Positions 1-9,263 of a stretch of DNA of 64,000 nt are shown here, piece after piece (the stretch's first letter is position 1; every line of letters starts with the position of its first letter). The stretch covers positions 132,468 to 196,467 of the forward strand of contig JAWAEV010000001.1 of the NCBI GenBank assembly GCA_038891095.1, read 5' to 3'. The stretch is from Candidatus Altiarchaeota archaeon (GTDB lineage: Archaea > Altiarchaeota > Altiarchaeia > IMC4 > QMZM01). Both the position numbers and the translations under genes were made by a program. Below the pieces are notes generated by a model. That model saw only the letters and a program-made list of their open reading frames with translations, was not told where the DNA came from and did no database searches.

Positions 1-279
1 CTTGCTTATGCCGACCCATATAACTCTAACATAACTTTCTGAGGGAAAAACACCTATTGAAGCTAAAGATAAGTTAAATCTTTTAAACTTTATACTTTCA
101 AGAGCCTCTATAACTTTGTTTTTTTCTTCATCAGAAATTTCTCCTAAAAATTTCAAAGTGAGATGAAGATTTTCCTTTTCAACTAATTTAAATTTTCCTA
201 TCTGAGAGAATTCACTTTGCAAATTTAGAAGTATGTCTTTTAATTCATTTGGTACAGGTATTGCTATAAAAACTCGCAT
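1..279 (-). CDS. thpR: RNA 2',3'-cyclic phosphodiesterase / 2'-5' RNA ligase (partial, runs off window start)
   Basis: Hand translation from ATG at 279: MRVFIAIPVPNELK...ENLHLTLKFLGEI, containing the HxT motif of 2H phosphoesterases. Not in the ORF track. Confidence 0.88.
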   Translation of the reverse strand, partial: MRVFIAIPVPNELKDILLNLQSEFSQIGKFKLVEKENLHLTLKFLGEISDEEKNKVIEALESIKFKRFNLSLASIGVFPSESYVRVIWVGISK

Positions 280-332
280 ATATTTAATTCATCTTTAATA
301 CTTAAATCTAATAATATAAGGATATAAGGAGA

Positions 333-677
333 ATGTTTCCTCGTGGCATAAATCCAAGGCAAATGCAGCAAATGATGAAAAAACTTGGAATTAAAACTGA
401 AGAAATTAATGCTGAAAGTGTCGTAATTCATTCAAGTGAGAAGGATATTATCATTGAAAATCCTCAGGTTGTGAAAACAGTGATGCAAGGACAAGAAATT
501 TTTCAGATTTCTGGAAATGTCAAAGAGCAGACAAAAAATTCTGAAAAGGTTAGTATCAGCGAAGAGGACATAAAAATTGTGATGGAGCAAGCAAAAGTTT
601 CTAAAGAAAAAGCAAAAGAAGCTTTAGAAAAAACTAATGGGGATATCGCTGAGGCTATAATAAATTTGAAAAGTTAG
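333..677 (+). CDS. nac: Nascent polypeptide-associated complex protein
   Basis: NPRQMQQMMKKLGI N-terminus; C-terminal UBA-like EEDIKIVMEQA...GDIAEAI; GGAG SD upstream. Confidence 0.95.
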   Translation: MFPRGINPRQMQQMMKKLGIKTEEINAESVVIHSSEKDIIIENPQVVKTVMQGQEIFQISGNVKEQTKNSEKVSISEEDIKIVMEQAKVSKEKAKEALEKTNGDIAEAIINLKS

Positions 678-697
678 CATCTCTCTTTTATGAGATG
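678..697 (+). terminator. Short hairpin immediately after nac stop
   Basis: CATCTC-TCTTTTAT-GAGATG, a perfect 6-bp stem. Function is inferred. Confidence 0.3.
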
Positions 698-778
698 AAG
701 TTGGCTTGAATTAGTTTGGATTACACTTTTGTTATTTTTACTCCAGTAGCTAGTATTAATTTATTCCCAGCCTTAAAA

Positions 779-2566
779 ATGTGTGGAATTGGAGGTTATA
801 TCGGTAAGAAAACAAATGGAAAAATTCTTTTTGATATGCTAAAAAGGTTAGAATATAGAGGCTATGACTCAGCAGGAATTGCATACATTTCTGCTGATGG
901 AAAAATTTTATTTGCGAAAGATAAAGGCAAGATAAACGAGCTTGAAAAGAAAGTTAATCTGGAGAAAATTTATTTTTCAGTTGGGGTAGCACACACAAGA
1001 TGGGCAACTCATGGTGTTCCCAGTAAAGAGAATGCACATCCACATTTTGATTGTAAGAAAAATTTTGCTTTGGTGCATAATGGCATTATAGAAAATTACA
1101 AAAATTTGAGAGAGGTGCTAAAGCAAAAAGGACATAATTTTTCATCAGAAACTGACACTGAAATTATTGCGCATTTAATTGAAGAATTTTACAAGGAAGA
1201 AAAAAATTTTGAGACAGCATTTGTAAAAGCAATGAAAGAGATTAAAGGAAGTTTTGCTATTGCTGCAATATCAACATTTGAAAATGACAAAATTTTAATA
1301 GCAAGGAATGAAAGTCCGCTCATAGTTGGTTTAGCCAATGGTGAAAATTTTATAGCATCTGACATACCTGCAATCTTGCCAAAGACAAAGAGGATAATAA
1401 TTTTAGATGATTTTGAGTATGGTGTGGTGACAAAAGATAGCATAAAGATAATGAGCATATGGAATAGAAGCGAAATTAAAAAGCAAATACATGAAGTGAA
1501 ATGGAAAATTGAAGATGCAGAAAAATCAGGCTATGAACATTTCATGCTAAAGGAGATTCATGAAGGGCCAACTGCTGTAAAAAATGCATTAAGAGAGAAA
1601 GAAAAAATATGGGAGATTGCTAAAAAAATTTCAAATAAAAAGAGAATTTACTTTATTGGCTGTGGAACAGCATGGCATGCTGCCTTAGCAGGAAAATACC
1701 TTCTTGAGAGATTTGGAATTTTTTCTGATGCAGTTGTTGGCTCAGAATTTAGGTACTCAACTGTAAATACAATTGATGAAGATTGCGCAGTTATTGCAAT
1801 TTCTCAATCAGGTGAAACAACTGATACGATAGCGTCAGTAAGAGAAGCAAAAAAGAGAGGAGCTTTTATTGTTTCAATAGTTAATGTTCTTGGCTCAACT
1901 TTAACAAGAATTTCTGATGAGAATATTTTCATTCATTCAGGTCCTGAAATAGCAGTTGCATCAACTAAGGCATATATAGGACAGTTAACATCTATAACTC
2001 TCTTATCACTTGAAATTGCAAGAGAAAATAAAAAAATTGATAGTGAAACCTTAGAAAAAAATTTAAATGAATTTGAAGAATTACCAAAAAAAATCGAGGA
2101 AATTCTAAATGAAAAAGAAAAAATTAAAAAACTTGCTGAGAAATTTTACAAGAAGAGAATATTTTTCTACATCGGCAGAAGATTGGGCTACGGAACAGCA
2201 TTAGAAGGTGCATTAAAAATTAAAGAGATAAGTTATGTGCATGCTGAAGCTTATCCTGCTGGAGAAATGAAGCATGGGCCAATAGCATTACTCGATGAAG
2301 GAGTTCCTGTTATAGCAATTTCTCCAATCAATGAACTAAATGAGAAAATGGAAAGCAACATACAAGAGGCAAAAGCAAGAAAGGCGTCAGTCATTGTAAT
2401 TTCAGAAAAAAATGGTAGTGACATAGAAATTCCAAAAGTAAATCCTTTGCTTTCACCAATTCTCTACATAGTACCACTGCATTTATTTGCTTATTATATC
2501 TCTACTCTAAAAGGTTTGGATCCGGACAAACCAAGAAATTTAGCAAAGAGTGTGACTGTTGAATAA
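779..2566 (+). CDS. glmS: Glutamine--fructose-6-phosphate aminotransferase
   Basis: True start MCGI at 779 (catalytic Cys); LEYRGYDSAG, HTRWATHG, SQSGET, KHGP, DKPRNLAKSVTVE. Confidence 0.97.
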   Translation: MCGIGGYIGKKTNGKILFDMLKRLEYRGYDSAGIAYISADGKILFAKDKGKINELEKKVNLEKIYFSVGVAHTRWATHGVPSKENAHPHFDCKKNFALVHNGIIENYKNLREVLKQKGHNFSSETDTEIIAHLIEEFYKEEKNFETAFVKAMKEIKGSFAIAAISTFENDKILIARNESPLIVGLANGENFIASDIPAILPKTKRIIILDDFEYGVVTKDSIKIMSIWNRSEIKKQIHEVKWKIEDAEKSGYEHFMLKEIHEGPTAVKNALREKEKIWEIAKKISNKKRIYFIGCGTAWHAALAGKYLLERFGIFSDAVVGSEFRYSTVNTIDEDCAVIAISQSGETTDTIASVREAKKRGAFIVSIVNVLGSTLTRISDENIFIHSGPEIAVASTKAYIGQLTSITLLSLEIARENKKIDSETLEKNLNEFEELPKKIEEILNEKEKIKKLAEKFYKKRIFFYIGRRLGYGTALEGALKIKEISYVHAEAYPAGEMKHGPIALLDEGVPVIAISPINELNEKMESNIQEAKARKASVIVISEKNGSDIEIPKVNPLLSPILYIVPLHLFAYYISTLKGLDPDKPRNLAKSVTVE

Positions 2567-2587
2567 GCTATTAAACTTCTTCATTTT

Positions 2588-4156
2588 TTAACCATAATAT
2601 TTCTTAACTTCATATTCATAGATAATTTCTTTCTTCTCCCATGCATTAAGTTTTAGATTATCCCACTTTAATGAGTAGAGTTTTATCTCTGTTGGCTTTA
2701 TTGTTGATGAAAGCAAATTAACTTCAGAACCTGATTGCATTTCATCTTTTATTAACATTGTTACATCAGAATCTTTATGGTTTTCAAGAGACAATTTAAC
2801 TTTATAATATGTTTTAGTTGCATATGTTCTACCATAAGTTGTAGAATATTCCTCAGGTAATTTTTCTTCTTTTCTTTCCAAAATTTCCTTCTTGACAATA
2901 ATATCTGGGGCTTTAGCAACTTTCACTTCAACACTTGCTTTTTTTGCAGTGTATTTTATTTTATCCTGTCCTTCAAATTCTCCCTTTAAGTAGACTGAAA
3001 ATACTCCCTCAGCAAGTGGCACATCTAAGGTATTATTTATCTCATAAATTTTATAAACTTCATTAGCTAAATTTGCATTCCATAAGTATTTTCTTTTGAA
3101 TTTTATATCTCTTGAAAAAATTGGTAAATTTTTACTTTCTGAGGCATTTATTGTTACTGGTTCTTCAAAAGAGTAAATACAAAACTCTCCTAAGGATTCA
3201 GGAACTAATTCCTCTTCAACAAATGGAGCTCCTACTTCTTCATATACAGCTGCTTCTTTTAGGTATTGAGCTCTATATGTTGGTGCTGGAGCATAAACTG
3301 GCCTATAGCTATAGTAAATTATTATATTTGGATAACCAACAACCAATTTTAATTCAATGTTATTCCAATTTTCATTTCCATTATTCTTAACAAATGCCCA
3401 ACTCTGTAAAGTCCCAAAGTCTTCATCCTTTTCTGAGTTAATATAAAATTTGTAATTTACATCCCAATTTATGCCTTCTCTGAGGTATGATAAGAAGAGA
3501 TTGTGCATACCTTTGTAAGTTGGAATTTCCTTTATTATAAGCGCAGGTATAATTATGCTATTATTTTCAGATTTTTCTCTTTTTTCAACATTTGCATTTG
3601 GAATTAAAAATTCTTTGACATCGTAAAGATTCAAAAATAGCACACCATCAAGATATTCAATTCCAATTTTATCTTTCTCTTTGCTCAGCCATACTAACTT
3701 TCCAATGAATGAACTATTGTCAATTTTAACTTTAATTTCTTTGCCTAAACTCTCATTTAAAATTTCTTCAAACTCAGGAGTAACATTTTCTTTAATCTCC
3801 TCTATCTTTTCAACATCTTTAAAGTAAAATTCCTTCAAGGAAGCTTTATCATCATAAATAAGTAAAGAGTCCTTAATTGGTTGAGTAAAATTTAAAATTT
3901 CTAAAACAATAACCTCTGCATTTTCATCAGAATTAAAAGTCCCATGTCTTTTAATAAATGCTATATTGTTGCTATAGGCCGTAACTGAAATTACTGGTGC
4001 ATTAATACTATAATTTTTTTCTTTTGCTAGAGATGTGTCTTTAACCTCAGGTTGACGCTTAACAAAATTAAAGATATCTCCAAAAGCTGCCATCACTGCA
4101 ACTGAAAAAATCAAGATAATAAAAAGCCAGATAAAAATTTTTTTTGTGCTTTTCAT
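2588..4156 (-). CDS. DUF4139/DUF4140-family exported protein
   Basis: N-terminal signal/TM; SVTAYSNNIAFI, LSYLREGINWDVNY, VKNNGNENWNNIELKLVVG, YSFEEPVTI motifs; AGGAGG SD. Confidence 0.75.
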   Translation of the reverse strand: MKSTKKIFIWLFIILIFSVAVMAAFGDIFNFVKRQPEVKDTSLAKEKNYSINAPVISVTAYSNNIAFIKRHGTFNSDENAEVIVLEILNFTQPIKDSLLIYDDKASLKEFYFKDVEKIEEIKENVTPEFEEILNESLGKEIKVKIDNSSFIGKLVWLSKEKDKIGIEYLDGVLFLNLYDVKEFLIPNANVEKREKSENNSIIIPALIIKEIPTYKGMHNLFLSYLREGINWDVNYKFYINSEKDEDFGTLQSWAFVKNNGNENWNNIELKLVVGYPNIIIYYSYRPVYAPAPTYRAQYLKEAAVYEEVGAPFVEEELVPESLGEFCIYSFEEPVTINASESKNLPIFSRDIKFKRKYLWNANLANEVYKIYEINNTLDVPLAEGVFSVYLKGEFEGQDKIKYTAKKASVEVKVAKAPDIIVKKEILERKEEKLPEEYSTTYGRTYATKTYYKVKLSLENHKDSDVTMLIKDEMQSGSEVNLLSSTIKPTEIKLYSLKWDNLKLNAWEKKEIIYEYEVKKYYG

Positions 4157-4249
4157 TTTAGTTGTAAACCTCCTTACTAATTTTTTCTCTAACTCGTTAC
4201 ATTTTTAAAAATAAAATTTTTGAGTTTACCTTTTGTAATACCTATTATT

Positions 4250-4813
4250 TCATCGCTTTAATACCTTAGTAATATTCTTTTTCTTTATTAAATATCCTAC
4301 ACAAATGCATATTATTAAAATTAAGATAGCAAGCCATGCTAATTCTAAGTAAGGAAATTTAAGGGCTTCTCCTTTTATAGTTTCTGTAGATGACATTAAT
4401 GCTTCTTTGTTGAAATACCTTAAAGTTTCAATTTCTCCCTTTTGAATTTCTCCAGTATGGGAGATAAATTCCCTGAAATTTAAAAATAGTTTATGTAATG
4501 CCACTATCATAGCAAAAAATGCAGTTGAGAGCACTATCCAAACTTTTGTTTCATATGGATTTAAAATTTTTTTGCCTTTTCTTGTTAGCTTATAGTATTT
4601 CCATTTCATACCTTTATCAACAATTTGGATTAAATTAGCCTCCAGTAATTTATCAAGATGCTCTTTTACTGTTGATGGCGACATTTCAAGCTCATTTGCT
4701 AAATCTGTTAAAGTTTGCTGATGCTCCTCAATTTTTCTTAAAATTAATATTCTTGTCTCTGATGCAAGAGCTTTAAAAGTTTTCCTATCTAATGTGATTT
4801 TTTCTTCAATCAT
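4250..4813 (-). CDS. Membrane-anchored ArsR-like winged-helix transcriptional regulator
   Basis: FKALASETRILIL...LTDLANELEMSPSTVKEHLDKLLEANLI...YYKLT followed by two hydrophobic TM segments. Confidence 0.85.
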   Translation of the reverse strand: MIEEKITLDRKTFKALASETRILILRKIEEHQQTLTDLANELEMSPSTVKEHLDKLLEANLIQIVDKGMKWKYYKLTRKGKKILNPYETKVWIVLSTAFFAMIVALHKLFLNFREFISHTGEIQKGEIETLRYFNKEALMSSTETIKGEALKFPYLELAWLAILILIICICVGYLIKKKNITKVLKR

Positions 4814-5991
4814 TTTTTTGATCTCTCAACAATACACCTCTCATCAACGCAAGAACATTTACCTGCGCCACAATCAATTGGTCCTTCACAAACCATAGTG
4901 CAAAAAATTCCTTCACAATTTGGAGCAAATTTTTTATTAACACAAGAGGTTGGATGGCAACATTGCTCTGGAATGCAATCTGAATCTTTCTCACAGAAAA
5001 GTTTCTCACAATTTTTTTGGCATTCCTCCAAAGTATCAAACAGTGCTACACCATCACAATAAATAAATTCCTTGCAAATTCCTTCATTTGAATCAAAATA
5101 ATATCCTTTAAAATATGCCTCACATGATCCACTCTCAGGTTTCAACTTACATCGGTTAATTGTATACAAACAACCTTCACTTCTTGTTCCAATAGCAACA
5201 CACTCATCCTCTGTTATATCAGAATTATCATCACAACCTTTTTCAGCACATTTTTCGTAACGGAAACAAGTATCATCTGTCTTCCTAATCCAATTTCCTT
5301 TTGGGCAGATATGCTCTAAACAAGGATCTCTAATAAAAGTTAAATTAACACATTTTCCAGATATGCATTTATGATAAGGGTCAACTCCATCAGAACACAT
5401 ACTTTCTTCTTTAGCACAATCAATATCATAAGAGCAAAATTTTTCTTTTTCTTCTTGTTTACATTCTCCTCTAAAAAAAGCCCATTCTTCACATTCAGTC
5501 CCATCAGAGAAAACACAAACACCGTATTCATTTCCATCTTGATCCTTTCTTATTTTTAAGATACCGCCTTGTTTTTCACAATAAACTGATGCAGGATTTT
5601 GAATTTCACTAATAAATTTTTTATTTAATTCATCCCATATATCATCTAAAATTGCTGAAGTAATTTTTCCTTCTTGAACTATGATCTTAGCTCTATGCTT
5701 AGTTATAACTTGCGCAAGAGTTTGCCCTGTTCTATTGCCATAGCTTTCATGCCTTGAGAAAAATTCAAAAGTAAAGGTCCAACAATGTGGACATTCCATA
5801 GTTATTGTCTCTAAATGCCTTAAATCAAAACCATCAAATTTATATGTCTCAGAATTAATTAGAAAATTTTCAGCTATTTTCAAACTTTCATTTTCATTAA
5901 ATTCAATTTTCTTTTCAATACAACTTAAAGCAAGAACAAGAAACAGAAAAAATCCAAAAGAAAAAATCCAAATTTCTCTTTCAAGTTTCAT
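4810..5991 (-). CDS. Cys-rich lipoprotein with DUF333 and Kunitz/BPTI-like domains
   Basis: Lipobox-like LALSC; DUF333 NPASVYCEKQGG...ECEEWAFFRGEC; Kunitz-like CKLKPESGSCEAYFKGYYFD...CKEFIYC...FDTLEECQKNC; C-terminal 10-Cys domain. Start is ATG 5991 or TTG 6003. Confidence 0.8.
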   Translation of the reverse strand: MKLEREIWIFSFGFFLFLVLALSCIEKKIEFNENESLKIAENFLINSETYKFDGFDLRHLETITMECPHCWTFTFEFFSRHESYGNRTGQTLAQVITKHRAKIIVQEGKITSAILDDIWDELNKKFISEIQNPASVYCEKQGGILKIRKDQDGNEYGVCVFSDGTECEEWAFFRGECKQEEKEKFCSYDIDCAKEESMCSDGVDPYHKCISGKCVNLTFIRDPCLEHICPKGNWIRKTDDTCFRYEKCAEKGCDDNSDITEDECVAIGTRSEGCLYTINRCKLKPESGSCEAYFKGYYFDSNEGICKEFIYCDGVALFDTLEECQKNCEKLFCEKDSDCIPEQCCHPTSCVNKKFAPNCEGIFCTMVCEGPIDCGAGKCSCVDERCIVERSKK

Positions 5992-5999
5992 CTTAAACT

Positions 6000-7262
6000 T
6001 CAATCAGTTAAAATTTTTTCTATAGGAGAAGCATAGTATCGTGGTTGCTGGAAAAATAAAACTCCAAAAATTAAAAAAGCAACTAAAAATATGAATAACC
6101 AAACTGCACTCATTATGAAAGTTAGCAATCCTTCTAAAACTCCATATTTCGCTCCAACATAAATACTTGGACCGAATAATACAATTGTCATTATTAAAAT
6201 TCCGAATAGCATAAATAAGGGAGTTATCATTATGTAGGAGCTATAATAAAACAAACCAAAAAACCAGCCACTTAAAAACATCAAAGCAAAGAAAGTTATG
6301 CTCACCAACGCTGCAGAAATAAAACCAAAAATTGTTGCTCTAATAAAAATTTTTCCATAGTCATGTGCTTGTTCTTCTCCCTTTGTGAAAACTTTTTTTG
6401 GAGCAAATGCATTTTTAATTTTTTTCCATAGGAAAAATTTTATTGATAATAAAAGAAGGGTTATCACTACAAAGACCAATAAAATTTCCCAAAAATAAAG
6501 TTTCCATGCGGCATTAGAAAATTTTCCTCTTACATGGAAACTTTCAAATGGGTCTAAATTATGTGCATTTCTCACTAAACCACTAGCATAAGTAATTCTC
6601 GAAGAAAAATCAGAAAGTGCACTACTTTGAATTCCAGATTCAGGAATTTTCATAGTTTCAAAAGTTGTGAAATAATCAGGTTTATACTCTACATTTGCTT
6701 TGCCTCCTTTCAAAATTAAACCTTCTTGAACATTTATTGCAACTCTGACATTCTGAATTAATGCAGCATTTTTATCAATAATTGTTTCAAAATCAAATTC
6801 ATGATTGCCAAGAAAATCAACTTTTGTTGCTTTTGGAATTTTATATAAAAGAATAATGCTAGTTTGATTTTGAATTCCAACAATCTCTGGTAATTTTAAT
6901 TTTAAAATTGTTGAAGAAGAAGTTTGCTCTTTCTCATATTTTATTGGATAAAATGTAGACCCATAGTAGTAATTATATTCATAGTAGGGATATCTTTTAC
7001 CTTCATAAACTTCTTGGACTAAGTTGTAAATTGAGATAAAAGCTGGAATTTCCAGAGTTATCTCCTTTAAATTCTCGTTCTTTGTGTTTAGAATTACCAA
7101 TTTTGCAGCAACTATCGCATCACCTTCTTCATCATAAATAATAGAATAGTAATCATATGTATGCAAATAGTTTTTACTTTCGATATAGCCACTAAGTGCA
7201 AATGAAAAACCCAAAATTCCAAAAATCAAAAAAATCCAAAATTTAGAAATTTTAGTTTTCAT
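6000..7262 (-). CDS. Membrane protein: signal peptide, extracellular beta-rich domain, several C-terminal TM helices
   Basis: 420-aa ORF; hydropathy pattern; no family recognised. Confidence 0.7.
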   Translation of the reverse strand: MKTKISKFWIFLIFGILGFSFALSGYIESKNYLHTYDYYSIIYDEEGDAIVAAKLVILNTKNENLKEITLEIPAFISIYNLVQEVYEGKRYPYYEYNYYYGSTFYPIKYEKEQTSSSTILKLKLPEIVGIQNQTSIILLYKIPKATKVDFLGNHEFDFETIIDKNAALIQNVRVAINVQEGLILKGGKANVEYKPDYFTTFETMKIPESGIQSSALSDFSSRITYASGLVRNAHNLDPFESFHVRGKFSNAAWKLYFWEILLVFVVITLLLLSIKFFLWKKIKNAFAPKKVFTKGEEQAHDYGKIFIRATIFGFISAALVSITFFALMFLSGWFFGLFYYSSYIMITPLFMLFGILIMTIVLFGPSIYVGAKYGVLEGLLTFIMSAVWLFIFLVAFLIFGVLFFQQPRYYASPIEKILTD

Positions 7263-7331
7263 TTTTTCATTTTTTGTTATGTTTTACACTTATATAATAA
7301 GAGTTAGATATATAAACAGTTTTCTGTTTTT

Positions 7332-8417
7332 TTAGGAAAAAACCGAATTAATTTTAACGATTTTCATATACCTTCTAAAAAAGATAAAAAACCCAAATGC
7401 TGAAAGAATACTTGCAAAATACATCAATTCCCTAAAACTAAAGACTTCAGATATAAAGCCGCCAAAAAAAGGACCAACAACACTAGAAAGAGCAGTTATT
7501 GAATTAAATATTCCTATAGATGTTGCCTTTTCAACATTTCTATCCATGAGATATATAAGAGAGCCAACATAAAGAAAAGCCCAAGAAATTCCAAGAAGAA
7601 TTTGTATTGGTATAACCTCAGTATAACTCTTTGTTAATGAGTAAAGAAAAAAAACAAATGTTGATAGTGCTAAACCAATATAAATAATTTTCTCACTCTT
7701 AAATTTATCTGAAATTCTCATGAAAATAAATTGAGTTAAATAGTTAACAACATAAAGCATTGCAATCCAAAATTTGTCAGCTCCTAAGCTAAACAAATAT
7801 AAAGGAAAGACAGCCCATATAGACATTGCTCCTAAATATCTAAAAAAGAATGCTAAATAGACAGAAAAATTTTTTCTTATTAACTTAACTGGGAAAAAAG
7901 GTACTGAAATTTTCTCATGAGTCATTTTAAGTTTGAATGAAAGGAAAAATGCTATGAAAAACAAAAAGGATGAAAGAATAAAAATGCCATGATAAGATGT
8001 AACAATTCCAGCAATAAAAGTTCCAAATGCCCAACCCAAGGAACCATATGAGCTAAATCTACCTATTTTTTTCTTCCTATCATGAACATGTGAAATTAAA
8101 GCTGAAGGATAAATTCCAATGCTAATGCCATTTAAAATTCTAATTATCAGGAGAGTTATTTTATCAACTATAAAAATTTGCATAAAAAAAGTTATTGCTG
8201 AAATAATTAATCCTGACCTTAAAATTAATTCTCTTTCGTGGATATCGGCAAATCTTCCAAAAACATATGATGAAAGAAGAAATGCAAGTCCATATACTGC
8301 GACAATTATTCCAACTTCAAATTTTGAGGCATTTAGTTCATTAGCAAGTAGTGGTATGAAAGTATAGGACGCCATTGATGCAGCATAAGTTAGAAATTGA
8401 ATTGTACTAGCTCTCAT
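7332..8417 (-). CDS. MFS transporter
   Basis: ~12 hydrophobic helices; motif A-like FGRFADIHER and RISDKF; GPFFGG. Confidence 0.9.
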   Translation of the reverse strand: MRASTIQFLTYAASMASYTFIPLLANELNASKFEVGIIVAVYGLAFLLSSYVFGRFADIHERELILRSGLIISAITFFMQIFIVDKITLLIIRILNGISIGIYPSALISHVHDRKKKIGRFSSYGSLGWAFGTFIAGIVTSYHGIFILSSFLFFIAFFLSFKLKMTHEKISVPFFPVKLIRKNFSVYLAFFFRYLGAMSIWAVFPLYLFSLGADKFWIAMLYVVNYLTQFIFMRISDKFKSEKIIYIGLALSTFVFFLYSLTKSYTEVIPIQILLGISWAFLYVGSLIYLMDRNVEKATSIGIFNSITALSSVVGPFFGGFISEVFSFRELMYFASILSAFGFFIFFRRYMKIVKINSVFS

Positions 8418-8418
8418 T

Positions 8419-9198
8419 TTATATTAACTTAAGTTGTTCGCTTTCTTTTGATTTAAATTTTTCTAAATCTATACTCAATCCATCTCTTGCTGCAATTGTT
8501 CTTATCCCAGAATTCTCCTCAATTAATTTTGCTTCTTTTTCAGGTGATGAATTCAAGAACTGCATCCCAAAATGAGTAATTATTGCAACTTCTGGGTTTG
8601 CTTCTTTAATTAGTTTAATAGCATTTTTTGTATTTAGATGAGTTTCAATTTCTTTTGAATAGGGAAAGATTACATTTAAAATCAAAATTTTAGAATTTTG
8701 ATAGTATTGAGCAAGTTCTTCTGAATATGCAGTATCTGCTGAGTAAGTTACAATTCCTTTTTCAGTGAAAAATTTAAAGCCAATTGCATTACTATGCCTG
8801 TAAGTTGGCAATGCTACAATTTTTAAATTTTTTATGTTGAACTCTGAATTTGGCTTTAAAGATAAAACCTCAACCGCTTTCTTATGGTATTCTGAAATAT
8901 AAGGCAATGTTTCTTCATTAGTAGCAAAAATTCCACGATTTTTTTTCATTCCATAAGTCATTGCCTCAATTAAAACTTCTGCGTCGTTATAATGATCCAA
9001 GTGATTATGTGAGACAAAAATAGCATTAAGCTTTTGTGGAGATTTACCAAATTGTAATGCCCTTATCAATGCTCCTGGACCTGGATCAAGGGAAATTGTT
9101 ACATTATCAAACTCGAGCCATATACCACCAGAATATCTCCTTTGAGTTAAAATTACAAATCTACCACCTGCAGTTCCAAGGAAAGTTATTTTGTGCAT
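8419..9198 (-). CDS. Metallo-beta-lactamase-fold hydrolase
   Basis: Start MHKITFLGTAGGR at 9198; DPGPGA; SHNHLDH metal motif; ADT; THFG. Confidence 0.9.
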   Translation of the reverse strand: MHKITFLGTAGGRFVILTQRRYSGGIWLEFDNVTISLDPGPGALIRALQFGKSPQKLNAIFVSHNHLDHYNDAEVLIEAMTYGMKKNRGIFATNEETLPYISEYHKKAVEVLSLKPNSEFNIKNLKIVALPTYRHSNAIGFKFFTEKGIVTYSADTAYSEELAQYYQNSKILILNVIFPYSKEIETHLNTKNAIKLIKEANPEVAIITHFGMQFLNSSPEKEAKLIEENSGIRTIAARDGLSIDLEKFKSKESEQLKLI

Positions 9199-9263
9199 TT
9201 TAATTATATATAAACTCAAAAAGGGAATATAATAAAGAGTATATAAAGGGATAATTAGTAAAA

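Noticed and set aside
678-778. Canonical glmS ribozyme
   Set aside because: The conserved AGCGC...ACGAGG core is absent and the region is short. Kept only as a generic structured-leader candidate.
716-778. 21-aa N-terminal extension of GlmS from TTG 716
   Set aside because: GlmS needs its catalytic Cys at the N-terminus, so the start is ATG 779.
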